Made by a program: the position numbers and the translations under genes
Origin: Candidatus Omnitrophota bacterium
GTDB lineage: Bacteria; Omnitrophota; Gorgyraeia; 1-14-0-20-64-10
Direction of reading: 5' to 3'
Assembly (NCBI GenBank): GCA_016177405.1
Contig: JACOVG010000006.1
Coordinates: 10,064-74,063 of the forward strand
DNA length: 64,000 nt
The notes under the pieces: generated by a model
What the model was told of the DNA's origin: nothing
The model's input: the letters and a program-made list of their open reading frames with translations, nothing else
Databases searched by the model: none
Shown: positions 36,630 through 46,866 of the stretch, in pieces
How positions within the stretch are numbered: position 1 is the stretch's first letter
How the letters are laid out: every line of letters starts with the position of its first letter

Positions 36630-37859
36630 CTAAATCAGTTCCGGCCGGGGGATGGGAACCAGGAAGCGGCCGCCCCTTTCAGCGAACGGCCGCATCTGGG
36701 CCAGGATCTCTTCCTTGAAGTTCCACGCAAGAATCAGCATGTGCGTGGCCCCGTCCTTCCGCCAGGCCTCCGCGGAAACCACCGGCACGTGCGTGCCGGG
36801 CGTGTAGCTTCCCTGCTTTAAAGGGTTCCGGTCCAGGATCGCGGTAAGCTGTTGAGCCACGGAAGGGCAGAAGTTGAGCAGGGTGTTCGCCTTCGCCGCG
36901 GCCCCGTAACCGACGAAGCGGGCTCCGGCGGAACCCAGTGAAGCGATGAGCCCTTCGAAGGCTTCCTTCCACCGGGCCACCCGTTGGGCGAAGCCGGCGA
37001 AGGTTTCCATTCGGTGAAGGCCGTTTTCCGCCTCCGCCTTCCACATTCGATTAAGCCGCTCGGTCGTTTTCGCCGTCCCGGTCCGGTGAATGGAAAAGAG
37101 CAGCGATCCCCCGTGAAGCGGGACTGGCGAGGTGTCGGTCAGCTCGAACCCGTGGCGAGCGCACAGCTCCATCACGGGACGCAGCGAGAGATAGGAAAGA
37201 TGCTCATGGTAGATCGTGTCGAATTCCAACTGGGCCAGCAGGTTCCCCAGGTAAGGCACCTCGATCAGCAGCGTCCCCTCGGGCGCCAACCAGTGAGCCA
37301 CCGCGCGGAAGAAATCGTGCAGATTGTCGATGTGCGCGAAGACGTGGCGGCCCAGGATCACCGAGGCCTTGCCCTCCTCCGCCGCCAGGCGGCGGGCCGC
37401 GGCTTCGGTGAAGAACTCCTCCGCGGTGGGGATACCCCTTTCCCGCGCCACGGCGGCGATGTTCCGGGCAGGCTCGACCCCCAGGACGCGTGCCCCCTGA
37501 CGCTGAAAGGCCTGCAGGACCAGGCCGTCGTTGCTGCCCAGCTCCACCACCAGATCCTTTTTCCCCAGCCTCCGCCGGGCGCCCACCTCCGACGCGAGCG
37601 TGGCGGCGTACCGGCCAACCGCTTCAGAGGTTGAAGAGACGTAGAGATAATGGCGGTAGAGGATTTCCGGCGGGACCACGAAATTCAACTGGACCAGAGA
37701 GCATTGGGGGCAGGCCGAAACCGCGAGCGGGTAGGATTTTTCCAGCGGGAACTCCTCCGCGGAAGAGAGAAAGGCGTTGGCCAGCGGCATCTCCCCCAAG
37801 TCCAGGAACGGCTCGGGCAGCGGTGTCGCGCAGATTCTGCAGCGGCTATGGGCAGGCAC
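36630..37859 (-). CDS. SAM-dependent sugar C-methyltransferase (TylC3/NovU-like; Zn-ribbon + MTase + C-methyltransferase C-terminal domain)
   Basis: CRICATP...CPQCSLVQL zinc ribbon; VVELGSNDG motif I; ~409 aa three-domain architecture typical of NDP-hexose C-methyltransferases. Confidence 0.7.
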   Translation of the reverse strand: MPAHSRCRICATPLPEPFLDLGEMPLANAFLSSAEEFPLEKSYPLAVSACPQCSLVQLNFVVPPEILYRHYLYVSSTSEAVGRYAATLASEVGARRRLGKKDLVVELGSNDGLVLQAFQRQGARVLGVEPARNIAAVARERGIPTAEEFFTEAAARRLAAEEGKASVILGRHVFAHIDNLHDFFRAVAHWLAPEGTLLIEVPYLGNLLAQLEFDTIYHEHLSYLSLRPVMELCARHGFELTDTSPVPLHGGSLLFSIHRTGTAKTTERLNRMWKAEAENGLHRMETFAGFAQRVARWKEAFEGLIASLGSAGARFVGYGAAAKANTLLNFCPSVAQQLTAILDRNPLKQGSYTPGTHVPVVSAEAWRKDGATHMLILAWNFKEEILAQMRPFAERGGRFLVPIPRPELI

Positions 37860-39081
37860 TCGGCCTCCCCCTAAAGAACCCGGTCAAACCAAAGGAGGCC
37901 ACCACCACCAGAAGAGACTCCACCTCCCACCGGTGCCTCCCCTCGACAAAAACCAAGCTTTGAACCACGCTGATCGCCAGCGTAAACAGCACGATCAACC
38001 AGAGCCCGGATTTCTGCCCACGCTTTATGAGGGAGACCGCCCCGGCGGCCGCGAAGGCCAGCAGCAGGAGGTAGTAGATCCTGTACCACCGGGTCCACCG
38101 GCCCGGATACCAGGCCCCGGTCCGGGGGCTTCCTCCCCAGAACTGGAGCCATTTAGAGAGATTGTTGCGCAGGGCAAGTCCCGGGTTCAACCGCACGAAC
38201 GAAAGGGCCTCCCGGAGAAAGAAGTCCATCTGCCCCTTTTCATCCAGGGCGGCGGCCGTTCGAACAAATTCCGGAGGCATCCTCTCCAGCATTGCGCGCC
38301 CCTCATGGTCCAAGGCGCTCCCCGTGGCCCCGGCATGATTTCCAACCCAGAAGCTGTAGGCCGAAGAGCTCAACATCCCGACCGGACGCCCCACCACGAT
38401 TTGATTCCGAAGCACCCAAGGCAGGGCCAAGGCGGCCGCCAACGAGAGGATCACCGCCACTCTCTGAAGCCGCCTGGCCTGTCCCTTCCACCTTACCCAG
38501 AGCCACACCACCACGAGCGGAACGGCCGCCAGGACCGTGGATCTGGACAGGAGGCCCCACCCCAAGGCAATTCCTAAAGCGATCACCCTTGGCCAGGAGC
38601 TTGCCGCCCCAGAGCTCCTTCCCGCCGCCAGGGTCAGCCACACGATCGTCAGGAAACAGAGGCTGTCCAACCACAGGGCATGGGGCCGGAGGCTGTAGAT
38701 AACCAGCCCCGGGTGAAGCACCACCCCGGCCGCCGCCAAAACCCCGGTCCATTCGCTCCCCAGATTCTTGCCGATTTGAAAGACGATCCATGCCGCGAGC
38801 GCCGCGAGCGAAGCCTGCGCCCACTGCACAGCCAGGATGGAGGGATGCCCCACGAGTTGATAGACCCCGGCGCAAAACCACGGATAGAAGGGGTGCACAA
38901 AGGCATGGTACGTGGTGCCCAGAAAGGTCGCTTCAAAACCCCGGCCCGCCAGCAGGTTCTGGGCAATCTCCTCGTATTCCCAGGGTTTCGCCAGCCATTC
39001 CCGCGGGCCCCACAGGAGAATGGCGGCCCTCACCAGAATTCCGGCTGCCATCACCACCAGCAAGGCATGGCGCTTCTTCAT
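37846..39081 (-). CDS. GT-C fold membrane glycosyltransferase, PMT/ArnT (GT39/GT83)-like
   Basis: 411 aa polytopic membrane protein; N-terminal MKKRHALLVVMAAGILVRAAILLWGPREWL...EYEEIAQNLLAGRGF, pattern typical of ArnT/PMT-family. Confidence 0.65.
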   Translation of the reverse strand: MKKRHALLVVMAAGILVRAAILLWGPREWLAKPWEYEEIAQNLLAGRGFEATFLGTTYHAFVHPFYPWFCAGVYQLVGHPSILAVQWAQASLAALAAWIVFQIGKNLGSEWTGVLAAAGVVLHPGLVIYSLRPHALWLDSLCFLTIVWLTLAAGRSSGAASSWPRVIALGIALGWGLLSRSTVLAAVPLVVVWLWVRWKGQARRLQRVAVILSLAAALALPWVLRNQIVVGRPVGMLSSSAYSFWVGNHAGATGSALDHEGRAMLERMPPEFVRTAAALDEKGQMDFFLREALSFVRLNPGLALRNNLSKWLQFWGGSPRTGAWYPGRWTRWYRIYYLLLLAFAAAGAVSLIKRGQKSGLWLIVLFTLAISVVQSLVFVEGRHRWEVESLLVVVASFGLTGFFRGRPSACP

Positions 39082-39084
39082 GGA

Positions 39085-40041
39085 TCAGGCCTTTCGCGCG
39101 CGAACCAGAACCACTTGTCCGTTTCCCAAAAGACCCTCCATCAACGAAACGAGACACGCCGGAAGCCCCAGCCCGGCCAGAAACAAAAGGTGCAGCCCTG
39201 TCATGAAGCGCTCTTTCCAAGTGCCGGTCCAGCCGTTTCGCACGAATCCAAAGAGCCGATCCCTGGGGCCGGGCAGGCCATTGAGCCAGGACTGAACGCA
39301 CCCGAAGGGGCCGTGCTCCCAGCTCACGTGGAACGCCTCCTCGACGACGAACCCGCAGCGCCTTAAGAAACGATAAAGGTTATCCCTTCCGAACGTCCAA
39401 AGGTGGTGCTCCGGGTCGTGGTGGAGCCAGCGCTTGCCGGTCCATCGCGCGGTCCAGGAATCCCCATTGGGCACCTCGCACCAGAAGCTGCCCCCAGGGC
39501 GCAGGATCCGGTGAACCTGGCGGAGGTAACGCTCCGGCTCCGGCAGGTGCTCCAGGACGTTGATCATGAGCGCCGCGTCGAAGCCGCCTTGGGCGAAAGG
39601 GGCCGCGGTCAGCTCACCCACAAAAACCTCTATCCCGTAGCGCTCCCGCGCGAAGCGGGCGGCCGTCCGCGAGAGCTGGGTTCCGTAAACCCGGCAGCCG
39701 TTTTCCTTGAGAAGGTGGAGGAGCTCCCCGCGCTCACAGCCAATGTCGCAGATCCGGGCGCCCGCGGGCGAGCGCTTGAGGATCCTCCTGGCCTTCTGAC
39801 GCCGGAAACCACGCCACAGGAGGTCAAATAATCCTGACACCCTTTGGGCTGATCCGTCGGCGTAATAGCGCTGGTAGCGGTCCCCCTCCGCGATCATCTC
39901 CTGCCCCACGCGGAAGCAGCCGCAGGCAAGGCACCGGAAAAGGCTGAAGCTCTCCTCGCCCGGCGACACCTCCTCCCAGGCCTCCGCCAGGCACACCGGG
40001 CATGTCAAAGACGGCCCGAACCGAACCGTTTTTTCTTCCAC
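39085..40041 (-). CDS. SAM-dependent methyltransferase with N-terminal zinc ribbon
   Basis: CPVCLAEAWEE...CLACGC ribbon; ICDIGCERGELL motif I; INVLEHLPEPE; start uncertain (GTG 40041; ORF track 40278 would overlap upstream gene by 270 nt). Confidence 0.6.
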   Translation of the reverse strand: MEEKTVRFGPSLTCPVCLAEAWEEVSPGEESFSLFRCLACGCFRVGQEMIAEGDRYQRYYADGSAQRVSGLFDLLWRGFRRQKARRILKRSPAGARICDIGCERGELLHLLKENGCRVYGTQLSRTAARFARERYGIEVFVGELTAAPFAQGGFDAALMINVLEHLPEPERYLRQVHRILRPGGSFWCEVPNGDSWTARWTGKRWLHHDPEHHLWTFGRDNLYRFLRRCGFVVEEAFHVSWEHGPFGCVQSWLNGLPGPRDRLFGFVRNGWTGTWKERFMTGLHLLFLAGLGLPACLVSLMEGLLGNGQVVLVRARKA

Positions 40042-40751
40042 GGCGGTCTTTTCAGAGCGGAAAGAAAGGTGCTCCAACTGTACCGGAAGAGCCCTCCCAC
40101 GTCCAGGGAGGAGCTCTCCGAATCGTACCGCACCGGCACCGGGATCTCTCCCACCCGCCAGCCCATCATCACGCAATCCATCAGGATGTCGCTGGCGAAG
40201 GCGTGGCTGTCCGGGTAGCTCTCCAGCGGAAGCTGCTCCAGCACTTGAGCCCTGAAGGCCTTCATTCCGGAGTGCCATTCCCCAAGGCTTAAACCGAACC
40301 AGACGTTCTCAAAGAAGGTGAGAATCCTGTTTCCGAAATAGCGATACCACGGCATTCCGCCGGCGAGGGCCTCGTCCCGGCTTCGGATCCTACTGCCCTG
40401 CATGACATCAAAATACCCTCGGCGCAGGTACTCCACCAGGATCCCCACCAACCGAGGGTCGTACTGACCGTCCGGATGCAGCTCCACCACGATCTGGGCG
40501 CCTCCTCGGAGGGCCTCACGGAAGAGGCGCTTAAGGTTACCGCCGTAGCCGTGGTTTGCCTCGTGGCGCAGGACCCGGATGCCCAGCCCTTGGGCGATTC
40601 TGTCCGTCCCATCGGTGCTCCGATTGTCCCCCAGCAGGACGGTTTCCCGGAATTCTTCCGGAAGGGCCCGGTAGGTCTTCTCCAGCGTGCGAGCCGCGTT
40701 GAAGGCCGGCATCACCACGGCCACCCGGAGAGAACGTGCCGCTTGAACCAC
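40005..40751 (-). CDS. GT2 polyprenyl-phosphate sugar synthase (DPM1/ArnC-like)
   Basis: VAVVMPAFNAARTL...LLGDNRSTDGT... short (248 aa) DPM1-like GT2; directly upstream of a GT-C membrane transferase (ArnC/ArnT-like pairing). Confidence 0.75.
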   Translation of the reverse strand: MVQAARSLRVAVVMPAFNAARTLEKTYRALPEEFRETVLLGDNRSTDGTDRIAQGLGIRVLRHEANHGYGGNLKRLFREALRGGAQIVVELHPDGQYDPRLVGILVEYLRRGYFDVMQGSRIRSRDEALAGGMPWYRYFGNRILTFFENVWFGLSLGEWHSGMKAFRAQVLEQLPLESYPDSHAFASDILMDCVMMGWRVGEIPVPVRYDSESSSLDVGGLFRYSWSTFLSALKRPPWKKKRFGSGRL

Positions 40752-40760
40752 GTAAGTCTG

Positions 40761-41210
40761 TCAGCGGTCCTTCAAGCGCCAATCGTACGGGATCCGGCTC
40801 GACTGGGGATCGAGCCGTTCGATTTCAGCGGGATCATGCGGGATGTCCGCGCAGTTGGCGACGATCGCCGTCTTCGTTCCCATCCCCTTGAAGCCGTTCC
40901 AAATGAGGGGGGGCACCTTGACCAAGCAGTAGTTGGACTCTCCGAGGAAGAGCTCCTCAATCTTCCCGCGGGTGGGCGACTGGGGGCGGTCGTCAAAGAG
41001 AACCAGCTTGATCACCCCCACCACCACCGCGTAGTGAATCGTCATGCGGGAATGAAGGTGCCAACCCTTCACCACCCCAGGATAAACGCAGGAGAAATAG
41101 ATCTCCCCGAAGCGCTCAAAATGAGGGTCGGTGGCCTTCATCATGTGCATGACCTTGCCCCGCTCATCCGGGATCTGCGTGAGCGGATGGATCAGGACCC
41201 CTTCAATCAT
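40761..41210 (-). CDS. Cupin-fold sugar-nucleotide isomerase (RmlC 3,5-epimerase / FdtA 3,4-ketoisomerase family)
   Basis: 149 aa; [18 protein letters not shown] with paired His typical of FdtA/WxcM-C/RmlC cupins. Confidence 0.65.
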   Translation of the reverse strand: MIEGVLIHPLTQIPDERGKVMHMMKATDPHFERFGEIYFSCVYPGVVKGWHLHSRMTIHYAVVVGVIKLVLFDDRPQSPTRGKIEELFLGESNYCLVKVPPLIWNGFKGMGTKTAIVANCADIPHDPAEIERLDPQSSRIPYDWRLKDR

Positions 41211-42252
41211 TGAATAGTCTCACTCCCTCCGGCGTCACCCGCGGCCGATCGGCGCCTTCAAGGAACTTTCGATACCAAGAGATGGTTTTTTTGAGGCCCT
41301 CCTCCAAGCCATAGAGGGATTTCCAGCTCAACTGGCGCTTGGCTTTGCCGGCATCCAGATACTGGTGGAGAATCTCGCCGGAGGATTCGTTCAGGATCTT
41401 GGGCGCGAGATCGGCACGTCCCATCAAACGCAGAATTTGCCGCGCGACCTCCAGAACGGAAAGGGGCTGTTCGTTGCTGAAGTTAAACGCCTCGCCGGCC
41501 AGGGAGGGATCGGACGCCAGCGCCTCGGCCAGCGCAAGGTACGCCGCCGCGCCGTCTTCAACATAAAAATAGTCACGGGTGGGCGAACCATCGCTTCGGA
41601 TAAGCGGCGGTTCGCCCCGGATCGCCGAGCGGATGGTGCCTGGAACAATCCGATTCCAATTCAAGTCTCCCCCGCCGTAGAGATTCCCACAGCGGGCAAT
41701 CGTCACCGGCAAACGGTAGGTCGCGGCGTACGACTGGGCCAGCAAATCCGCGCAGGACTTGCTCACATCGTACGGATGCCGGCCCCGCAGAGGGGTCTCC
41801 TCCCGGTAGGGAAGCTTGTCATGCTCACCGTAGGCCTTGTCCGAGGAGGCCACCACCGCCTGCCCCACGGTGGGCGAACGCCGGCAAGCCTCCAGGAGGC
41901 ACCACGTCCCCCGGATGTTGCTCTCAAAGGTAGAGACCGGGTTGCGGTTGGCGATGGGCACAATCGCCTGGGCTGCCAGATGAAAGAGGGTCTGGACCTC
42001 GTACTCTCCCAGGACACGCTCCAAAAGAGCCTGATCCTGCAGCTCGCCCCGGACCACCTTGATCCTCTCCAAAAGCCCTGATTGGCACAGCTCCGACTGC
42101 GGCACCCAGTCCCGAAGCAGGGTCACGCAGTCCGCGCCCAAGTCATAGAGCGCCCGGATAAGCCAGCCCCCCAGAAGGCCGGTTCCCCCGGTGACCAAAA
42201 CCCTCCGGTCGCGCCAGAAGGTCTTCACAGCGGCGATCAAGTTCACGGCCAT
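41203..42252 (-). CDS. rfbG: CDP-glucose 4,6-dehydratase
   Basis: ATG 42252; [20 protein letters not shown] matches RfbG N-terminus (FW-x-GK-V-VTGHTGFKGSWL); YDVSK catalytic motif. Confidence 0.8.
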   Translation of the reverse strand: MAVNLIAAVKTFWRDRRVLVTGGTGLLGGWLIRALYDLGADCVTLLRDWVPQSELCQSGLLERIKVVRGELQDQALLERVLGEYEVQTLFHLAAQAIVPIANRNPVSTFESNIRGTWCLLEACRRSPTVGQAVVASSDKAYGEHDKLPYREETPLRGRHPYDVSKSCADLLAQSYAATYRLPVTIARCGNLYGGGDLNWNRIVPGTIRSAIRGEPPLIRSDGSPTRDYFYVEDGAAAYLALAEALASDPSLAGEAFNFSNEQPLSVLEVARQILRLMGRADLAPKILNESSGEILHQYLDAGKAKRQLSWKSLYGLEEGLKKTISWYRKFLEGADRPRVTPEGVRLFND

Positions 42253-43067
42253 ATCTTCCAAGGGGCCTTCCCCTTCTCCCACAAATCGTTGATCAACCGG
42301 TATTCCCGAAGGGTATCCATGGCCTGCCAGAAACCGTCATGCCGAAAAACCATGAACTCTCCATCCTGGGACAAACGCTGGAGAGGCTCCCGTTCCAAGA
42401 TGAGATCCTCCCGGGGCGTCAGATACCGGTCCAGGAAGGAGCGTTTAAAAACAAAGAATCCCCCGTTGATCATCCCCTCCGTTGTTTGGGGCTTCTCGTT
42501 AAACTGCTCGGCCTGGCCGGATGCCGTCACCTTCAGCTCGCCGAACCGGCCCGGCGGACGCACGCCGGTGACCGTCCCTATCCGGCCGTGGGCCTGGTGG
42601 AACCGCAACAGGGCCGTCAGGTCAATGTCCCCAAGCCCGTCCCCGTACGTCAGGCAGAAGACCGGCTCGGTGACGTACCGGCCGGCCCGAGCCACGCGGG
42701 CGCCGGTCTGGGCGTTCAACCCGGTTTCCACGAGGGTGACCTCCCAGTCCTCCTGCTCGTTTTTGCTGTGGTATTGGATCCGGTCGGAATCTCCCAGACG
42801 GAGGGTCAGATCGCTCTGGTAGGCCCGGTAGTTCAGGAAATAGTCCTTGATCATGGCGCCCTTGTAACCCAAACAAAGAATAAATCTCCTGAAACCGTAC
42901 GCGGCGTACACCTTCATGATGTGCCAGAGGACGGGCCGCCCCCCGATTTCTAAAAGCGGCTTGGGCCTGAATTCCGTCTCCTCATGAAGACGGCTCCCTT
43001 GGCCTCCGCAGAGGATTATGACCGGCGGCTTATCCAATTTAAGAACCCTTTCCGATTTTTCCACCAT
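42243..43067 (-). CDS. rfbF: Glucose-1-phosphate cytidylyltransferase
   Basis: ATG 43067; [43 protein letters not shown] = RfbF signature; 60-aa ORF-track N-terminal extension is GC-rich, not credible. Confidence 0.8.
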   Translation of the reverse strand: MVEKSERVLKLDKPPVIILCGGQGSRLHEETEFRPKPLLEIGGRPVLWHIMKVYAAYGFRRFILCLGYKGAMIKDYFLNYRAYQSDLTLRLGDSDRIQYHSKNEQEDWEVTLVETGLNAQTGARVARAGRYVTEPVFCLTYGDGLGDIDLTALLRFHQAHGRIGTVTGVRPPGRFGELKVTASGQAEQFNEKPQTTEGMINGGFFVFKRSFLDRYLTPREDLILEREPLQRLSQDGEFMVFRHDGFWQAMDTLREYRLINDLWEKGKAPWKIWP

Positions 43068-43260
43068 TGGTTCAGCACGCTCCCTCGCCAAAGCCGATCC
43101 CAGCCCTCCTCTTCCCGAATGGCAGCCACCCCCCACGCCAGCCACGCGAGGCGCAGACCCCATCCTAGCACAGTGAGGCTCTTGCCCAGGAGATAAAGCG
43201 CCGCCAGCTCGCTCACGCCAGAGGCCACCACAAAGGTCCCTGCCCACTTCACCGAAAAGG

Positions 43261-45513
43261 TCATCCGGTCCTCCAGCGCCCCCTGGGGGACATGAGGAAC
43301 CAGGCCCCCGCGCAGGCGAACATCAGGTAAAGGGGCGCCACCATGTCCCGGATTCTGAAGACGGTTCCCACGTTACCGCTGCCGATGGCGCTGACAAAGG
43401 ACCACAGCGCAAGCGGTATGAAAAGGAAGAGGGTCTGCCGATACCGATGCCGAAACGACCAGAGGATTCCCACCCCCGAGAGCCCCAGGGCCGCGTACCA
43501 GAGAAACATCTGCGGCCACGTCACCCAAGGAAAGGCAGGCTGCCGGATGCCTGGGATCGGTTCCAACAGGTAATGCGCCAGGGCCTTCAGGATTCCGGTG
43601 ATCTCAATCCAGCCAATCCTGCCGGTTTTGCTCCACTGTGAAACGTATCCCTGAACGTAATAGGAATCCGGAAGAAACCGATAGGACATGCCCGGCGTCA
43701 TCGCGAATCCGGCGTGCCACTCGAAGGCCAGGCTCAAGAAACGGTTCACGAGAAGCCCCACAGGCTTGAGGAACAGGCACCCCAGCGCCCCGGCCGCGGC
43801 GAGAGCCCCCTGCCAGGGTTTTATCCTCAAGCGGGTGAGACCATAGGCCAGGCCCAATCCCGCCACCAGGATCCAGGTGAACTCGGCGGAGCGGATCGTG
43901 GCGTGAAGGACGATCGTCCCCGCCAGCGCAAGACCATACCTAAGCAGCCGCGCGCGCCCCCCTCCCCAGGGGAGCCGCTGGAATAAAAAGAGCACCACGA
44001 GGGTCGTGAAAATGAGGGGAATGTCCTTCAAGTTGGAAACGGACCACAGCAGCATGGACGGGAAGAAGGCCACGGCCAAGGCCGACCACCGGGCGACCGT
44101 AAGGTTGAAAGCGATTCGGGCGATGAGAAAAACCAGGGGCCCCAGCAGAGCTCCCAGAAAGCAGTTGATGAGCTTGACGGCATAGGGGCTGTAGCCGAAC
44201 AGGGTATAGAACCACCCCATCGCGTAGACGTAGCCGTTCCATCCATACTGGTTGATCCGGAAGATAACGACCGGTTCCCGCACCCCCTTCGCGTACTGGG
44301 AGAGGGCGTACCCCCGCTGCGAGTAATAGTCGCTGTCTCCGATTTTAAGATACATCCGGGTCTTGTCAACCACCCCCAAACTCCAATCGTTGGCCGGACC
44401 GGTCCAGCGGGGCTTCTCTCCCTCCACCCGCCAGGAGCCCGCATCGAGCCCCAAGGAAAGAGCTGCCCGAAGACAAAATCCGACTAAGAATAGCGTGGAC
44501 ACGAAGCGGCGGCCTTCCCCGCCGACCAGGCGGCGGAGAAAGAAGAAAAGCCCCCCCGCCAAGGCAAAGACAAAAACGCCTCCAGGCGTCCAGGCGGTCA
44601 AGATCCCGGCGGCGATCCCCGCGGCAACCCCGTTCTTTATTCGCCGCAGACGGCGAAGAGGCATCCCGGCGACGTAAGGAATCACCCGAGGAGAGGTTCG
44701 AACGGCCTTGAGCCCCCACGCGAGCCCACGGGCCCACTGCTTGTTTCTGACGTAACCGCCGGAGAGCATCGCATAAAATCTGGCCCACACGAGCGGCTTA
44801 AGCCGGAGAAGTTCTCCGTTGAGCCCCGGCGAGCGGAAGAAGCGCCTTAAAAGGCGCACCCCCGACCAAAGGTGGATCTTCACATCCCGGCTTTGGTTGT
44901 TGGGGTACTGGCGGTACAGCACCAGCGCTTTGGGAACGGAGCGGAGCGTCCCGGAGCGGCTCAACCGGCAGACCATATCCCAATCGGAAAGGATCACCAG
45001 ATCCGTCCCGAACCCCCCCAGCTTCAGGAGCGCTTCTTTCCGGATCACCACAGCGGAGGCGAAGGCAGGCAGATTCCTAAAAAGGAGAAAATCGGACAGG
45101 GTATCCCGCCGGGGATGGCAAAGCTTGGTCTCCAGGATTCGCAGTTTATCGTCCACGTAGTGGGCCCCGCACTGGACCGCCAGGAGGGCCGGTTCCTCCT
45201 GAAACGCCCGCATCTGAATCTCCAGCTTGTCCGGCAGCCACAGGTCATCCCCGTCCAGGAAGGCCACAAATCGGCCGCTGGCGTGCTGGACACCCAGATT
45301 GCGGGCGGAGCCGGTGCCTCCGTTGGGCTTTTGAAGATAACGAACGCGCGGGAGGAAGGGCTTGACCCGGTCGGCCGTGTGGTCGGTCGAGCCATCGTCC
45401 ACCACCAGGATCTCCGTGTGGGGATAGGTTTGAGCCAAGACACTGCGGATGGCCGCCTCCACCGTGCTCTCCTTGTTGTAGGCCACAATGACGACCGAGA
45501 CAAGTTCCGACAT
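43261..45513 (-). CDS. GT2 domain fused to large polytopic membrane domain (750 aa)
   Basis: N-term VSVVIVAYNKESTV...ILVVDDGSTDHT...FLDGDD (GT2); residues ~280-750 contain >=10 hydrophobic segments. Confidence 0.7.
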   Translation of the reverse strand: MSELVSVVIVAYNKESTVEAAIRSVLAQTYPHTEILVVDDGSTDHTADRVKPFLPRVRYLQKPNGGTGSARNLGVQHASGRFVAFLDGDDLWLPDKLEIQMRAFQEEPALLAVQCGAHYVDDKLRILETKLCHPRRDTLSDFLLFRNLPAFASAVVIRKEALLKLGGFGTDLVILSDWDMVCRLSRSGTLRSVPKALVLYRQYPNNQSRDVKIHLWSGVRLLRRFFRSPGLNGELLRLKPLVWARFYAMLSGGYVRNKQWARGLAWGLKAVRTSPRVIPYVAGMPLRRLRRIKNGVAAGIAAGILTAWTPGGVFVFALAGGLFFFLRRLVGGEGRRFVSTLFLVGFCLRAALSLGLDAGSWRVEGEKPRWTGPANDWSLGVVDKTRMYLKIGDSDYYSQRGYALSQYAKGVREPVVIFRINQYGWNGYVYAMGWFYTLFGYSPYAVKLINCFLGALLGPLVFLIARIAFNLTVARWSALAVAFFPSMLLWSVSNLKDIPLIFTTLVVLFLFQRLPWGGGRARLLRYGLALAGTIVLHATIRSAEFTWILVAGLGLAYGLTRLRIKPWQGALAAAGALGCLFLKPVGLLVNRFLSLAFEWHAGFAMTPGMSYRFLPDSYYVQGYVSQWSKTGRIGWIEITGILKALAHYLLEPIPGIRQPAFPWVTWPQMFLWYAALGLSGVGILWSFRHRYRQTLFLFIPLALWSFVSAIGSGNVGTVFRIRDMVAPLYLMFACAGAWFLMSPRGRWRTG

Positions 45514-45525
45514 GGGCTTAGCGTC

Positions 45526-46866
45526 TCACCATGGGTCAGGCACCTCGCCCAACAGAGAAAGCACCAGCGCGCCGGCCTCCGGCTCGGGTTCCCCTCTCCG
45601 GCCTGTCGGGAAAAACAGCTGGATCCGTTCCCCGAAGCGGATGGGCTGCTCTCGATAGAAATATCGGATTCCCTCCGATGAGGAGAGCGCTTCGCCGTTT
45701 AAGATAAGCGTCAACAGGGAGAGGTCCTGCCGAATGACGGAAACCCCCTCCACCTGCCCTTCGTACCATCTCCAGGGGCGCCCGAAGGACCGTTTCCCAG
45801 CCAGTTTCTCCAGGGCCCTGGGTGTCAGGCCATCGGCCGCAACCAGCACTTTCAAAAAGGCGGTTCTCCGGGTTCCGGTCTCCTCCGGCGGATGAGGCCA
45901 GGAGATCACCGTGGCGGTGATCGGAATAAGGGGCCAGCCCCATGAGGTACTGGGAATGCCGATGGAAATCACCGCGCCCGGCTGGATCAGCTGACCCCTG
46001 TAGCGGTAGCCTCGAATCCCCGCCCCGTTGGACTCCTCCTCCCCCGTCAGTTGAACTCGCAAAAGAGCCGTGTTTTCCCCCAGGGAAACGTCCGCCTCCA
46101 GGATCCTCCCCGAGTCCAGGGACGCCCTGGAAGGCAGGAACCTTCCGCACCGGAGCGCTCGAACCGCCTCGGGTGAAAGGCCGGTAGCCGCGCAGGTCAC
46201 CCACCGGCGCGCGGGGGTAAGTTTTGAGATCTCGAAGGCCTCTTTCAGGGTCGCCTCCCGGCCGTTGGTATTGGTCACCCTCACATCGTATTTCCCCGGC
46301 GGCAGATCCAGGGAGATGTGGTTCAGCACAATCTGCTCGGGCTGGAACCGCAGCGAAGACGACGGATCCAGCGCGAGGAGACGGTCCACCGCGACCGGCC
46401 CCAAGCGGATGGCCCCCAGGGAGTCGAAGCGGTTTCCTTCAATACTGAAGGTGATCACCTCTCCGGAGAGGAACTCGGTCGGATGGACCCTTTTAATCGT
46501 GGGCTGCCAGACGATTTCCAGGGAATCGTTCATCCAGGCCCTCTCCCCTTTCCCATTCTCCACAAAAACGCTGTAGCGGCCTTCGGGCCAGTCCTTAGGC
46601 AGTTCATAGTCCGCGCGGATGGGGTTCACGGAAGAGAGTCTCTTCAACGGATAGGGAACCAGGTAGCCGTGGGGTTCGAGGGCGAGCCCCGTCCCAAATA
46701 TATTGATCCTCTGGGCGGGCCCTTCCTTTGTCGCCAGCAGGCCGGGCTCCAAGCGGTAGAGCTTGAGGCGGTCATGGCCGGCCAGATTCAGCCCGTAGGA
46801 GCCCGTCGTCCAGAGGAAAGGCAGGAGGAAGAGACCGATGGCCCCATCGAGAAGATTCGGCCTCAT
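45526..46866 (-). CDS. Predicted exported protein (signal peptide), unknown function
   Basis: MRPNLLDGAIGLFLLPFLWTTGSYG signal-like N-terminus; 446 aa, no motif recognised. Confidence 0.5.
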   Translation of the reverse strand: MRPNLLDGAIGLFLLPFLWTTGSYGLNLAGHDRLKLYRLEPGLLATKEGPAQRINIFGTGLALEPHGYLVPYPLKRLSSVNPIRADYELPKDWPEGRYSVFVENGKGERAWMNDSLEIVWQPTIKRVHPTEFLSGEVITFSIEGNRFDSLGAIRLGPVAVDRLLALDPSSSLRFQPEQIVLNHISLDLPPGKYDVRVTNTNGREATLKEAFEISKLTPARRWVTCAATGLSPEAVRALRCGRFLPSRASLDSGRILEADVSLGENTALLRVQLTGEEESNGAGIRGYRYRGQLIQPGAVISIGIPSTSWGWPLIPITATVISWPHPPEETGTRRTAFLKVLVAADGLTPRALEKLAGKRSFGRPWRWYEGQVEGVSVIRQDLSLLTLILNGEALSSSEGIRYFYREQPIRFGERIQLFFPTGRRGEPEPEAGALVLSLLGEVPDPW

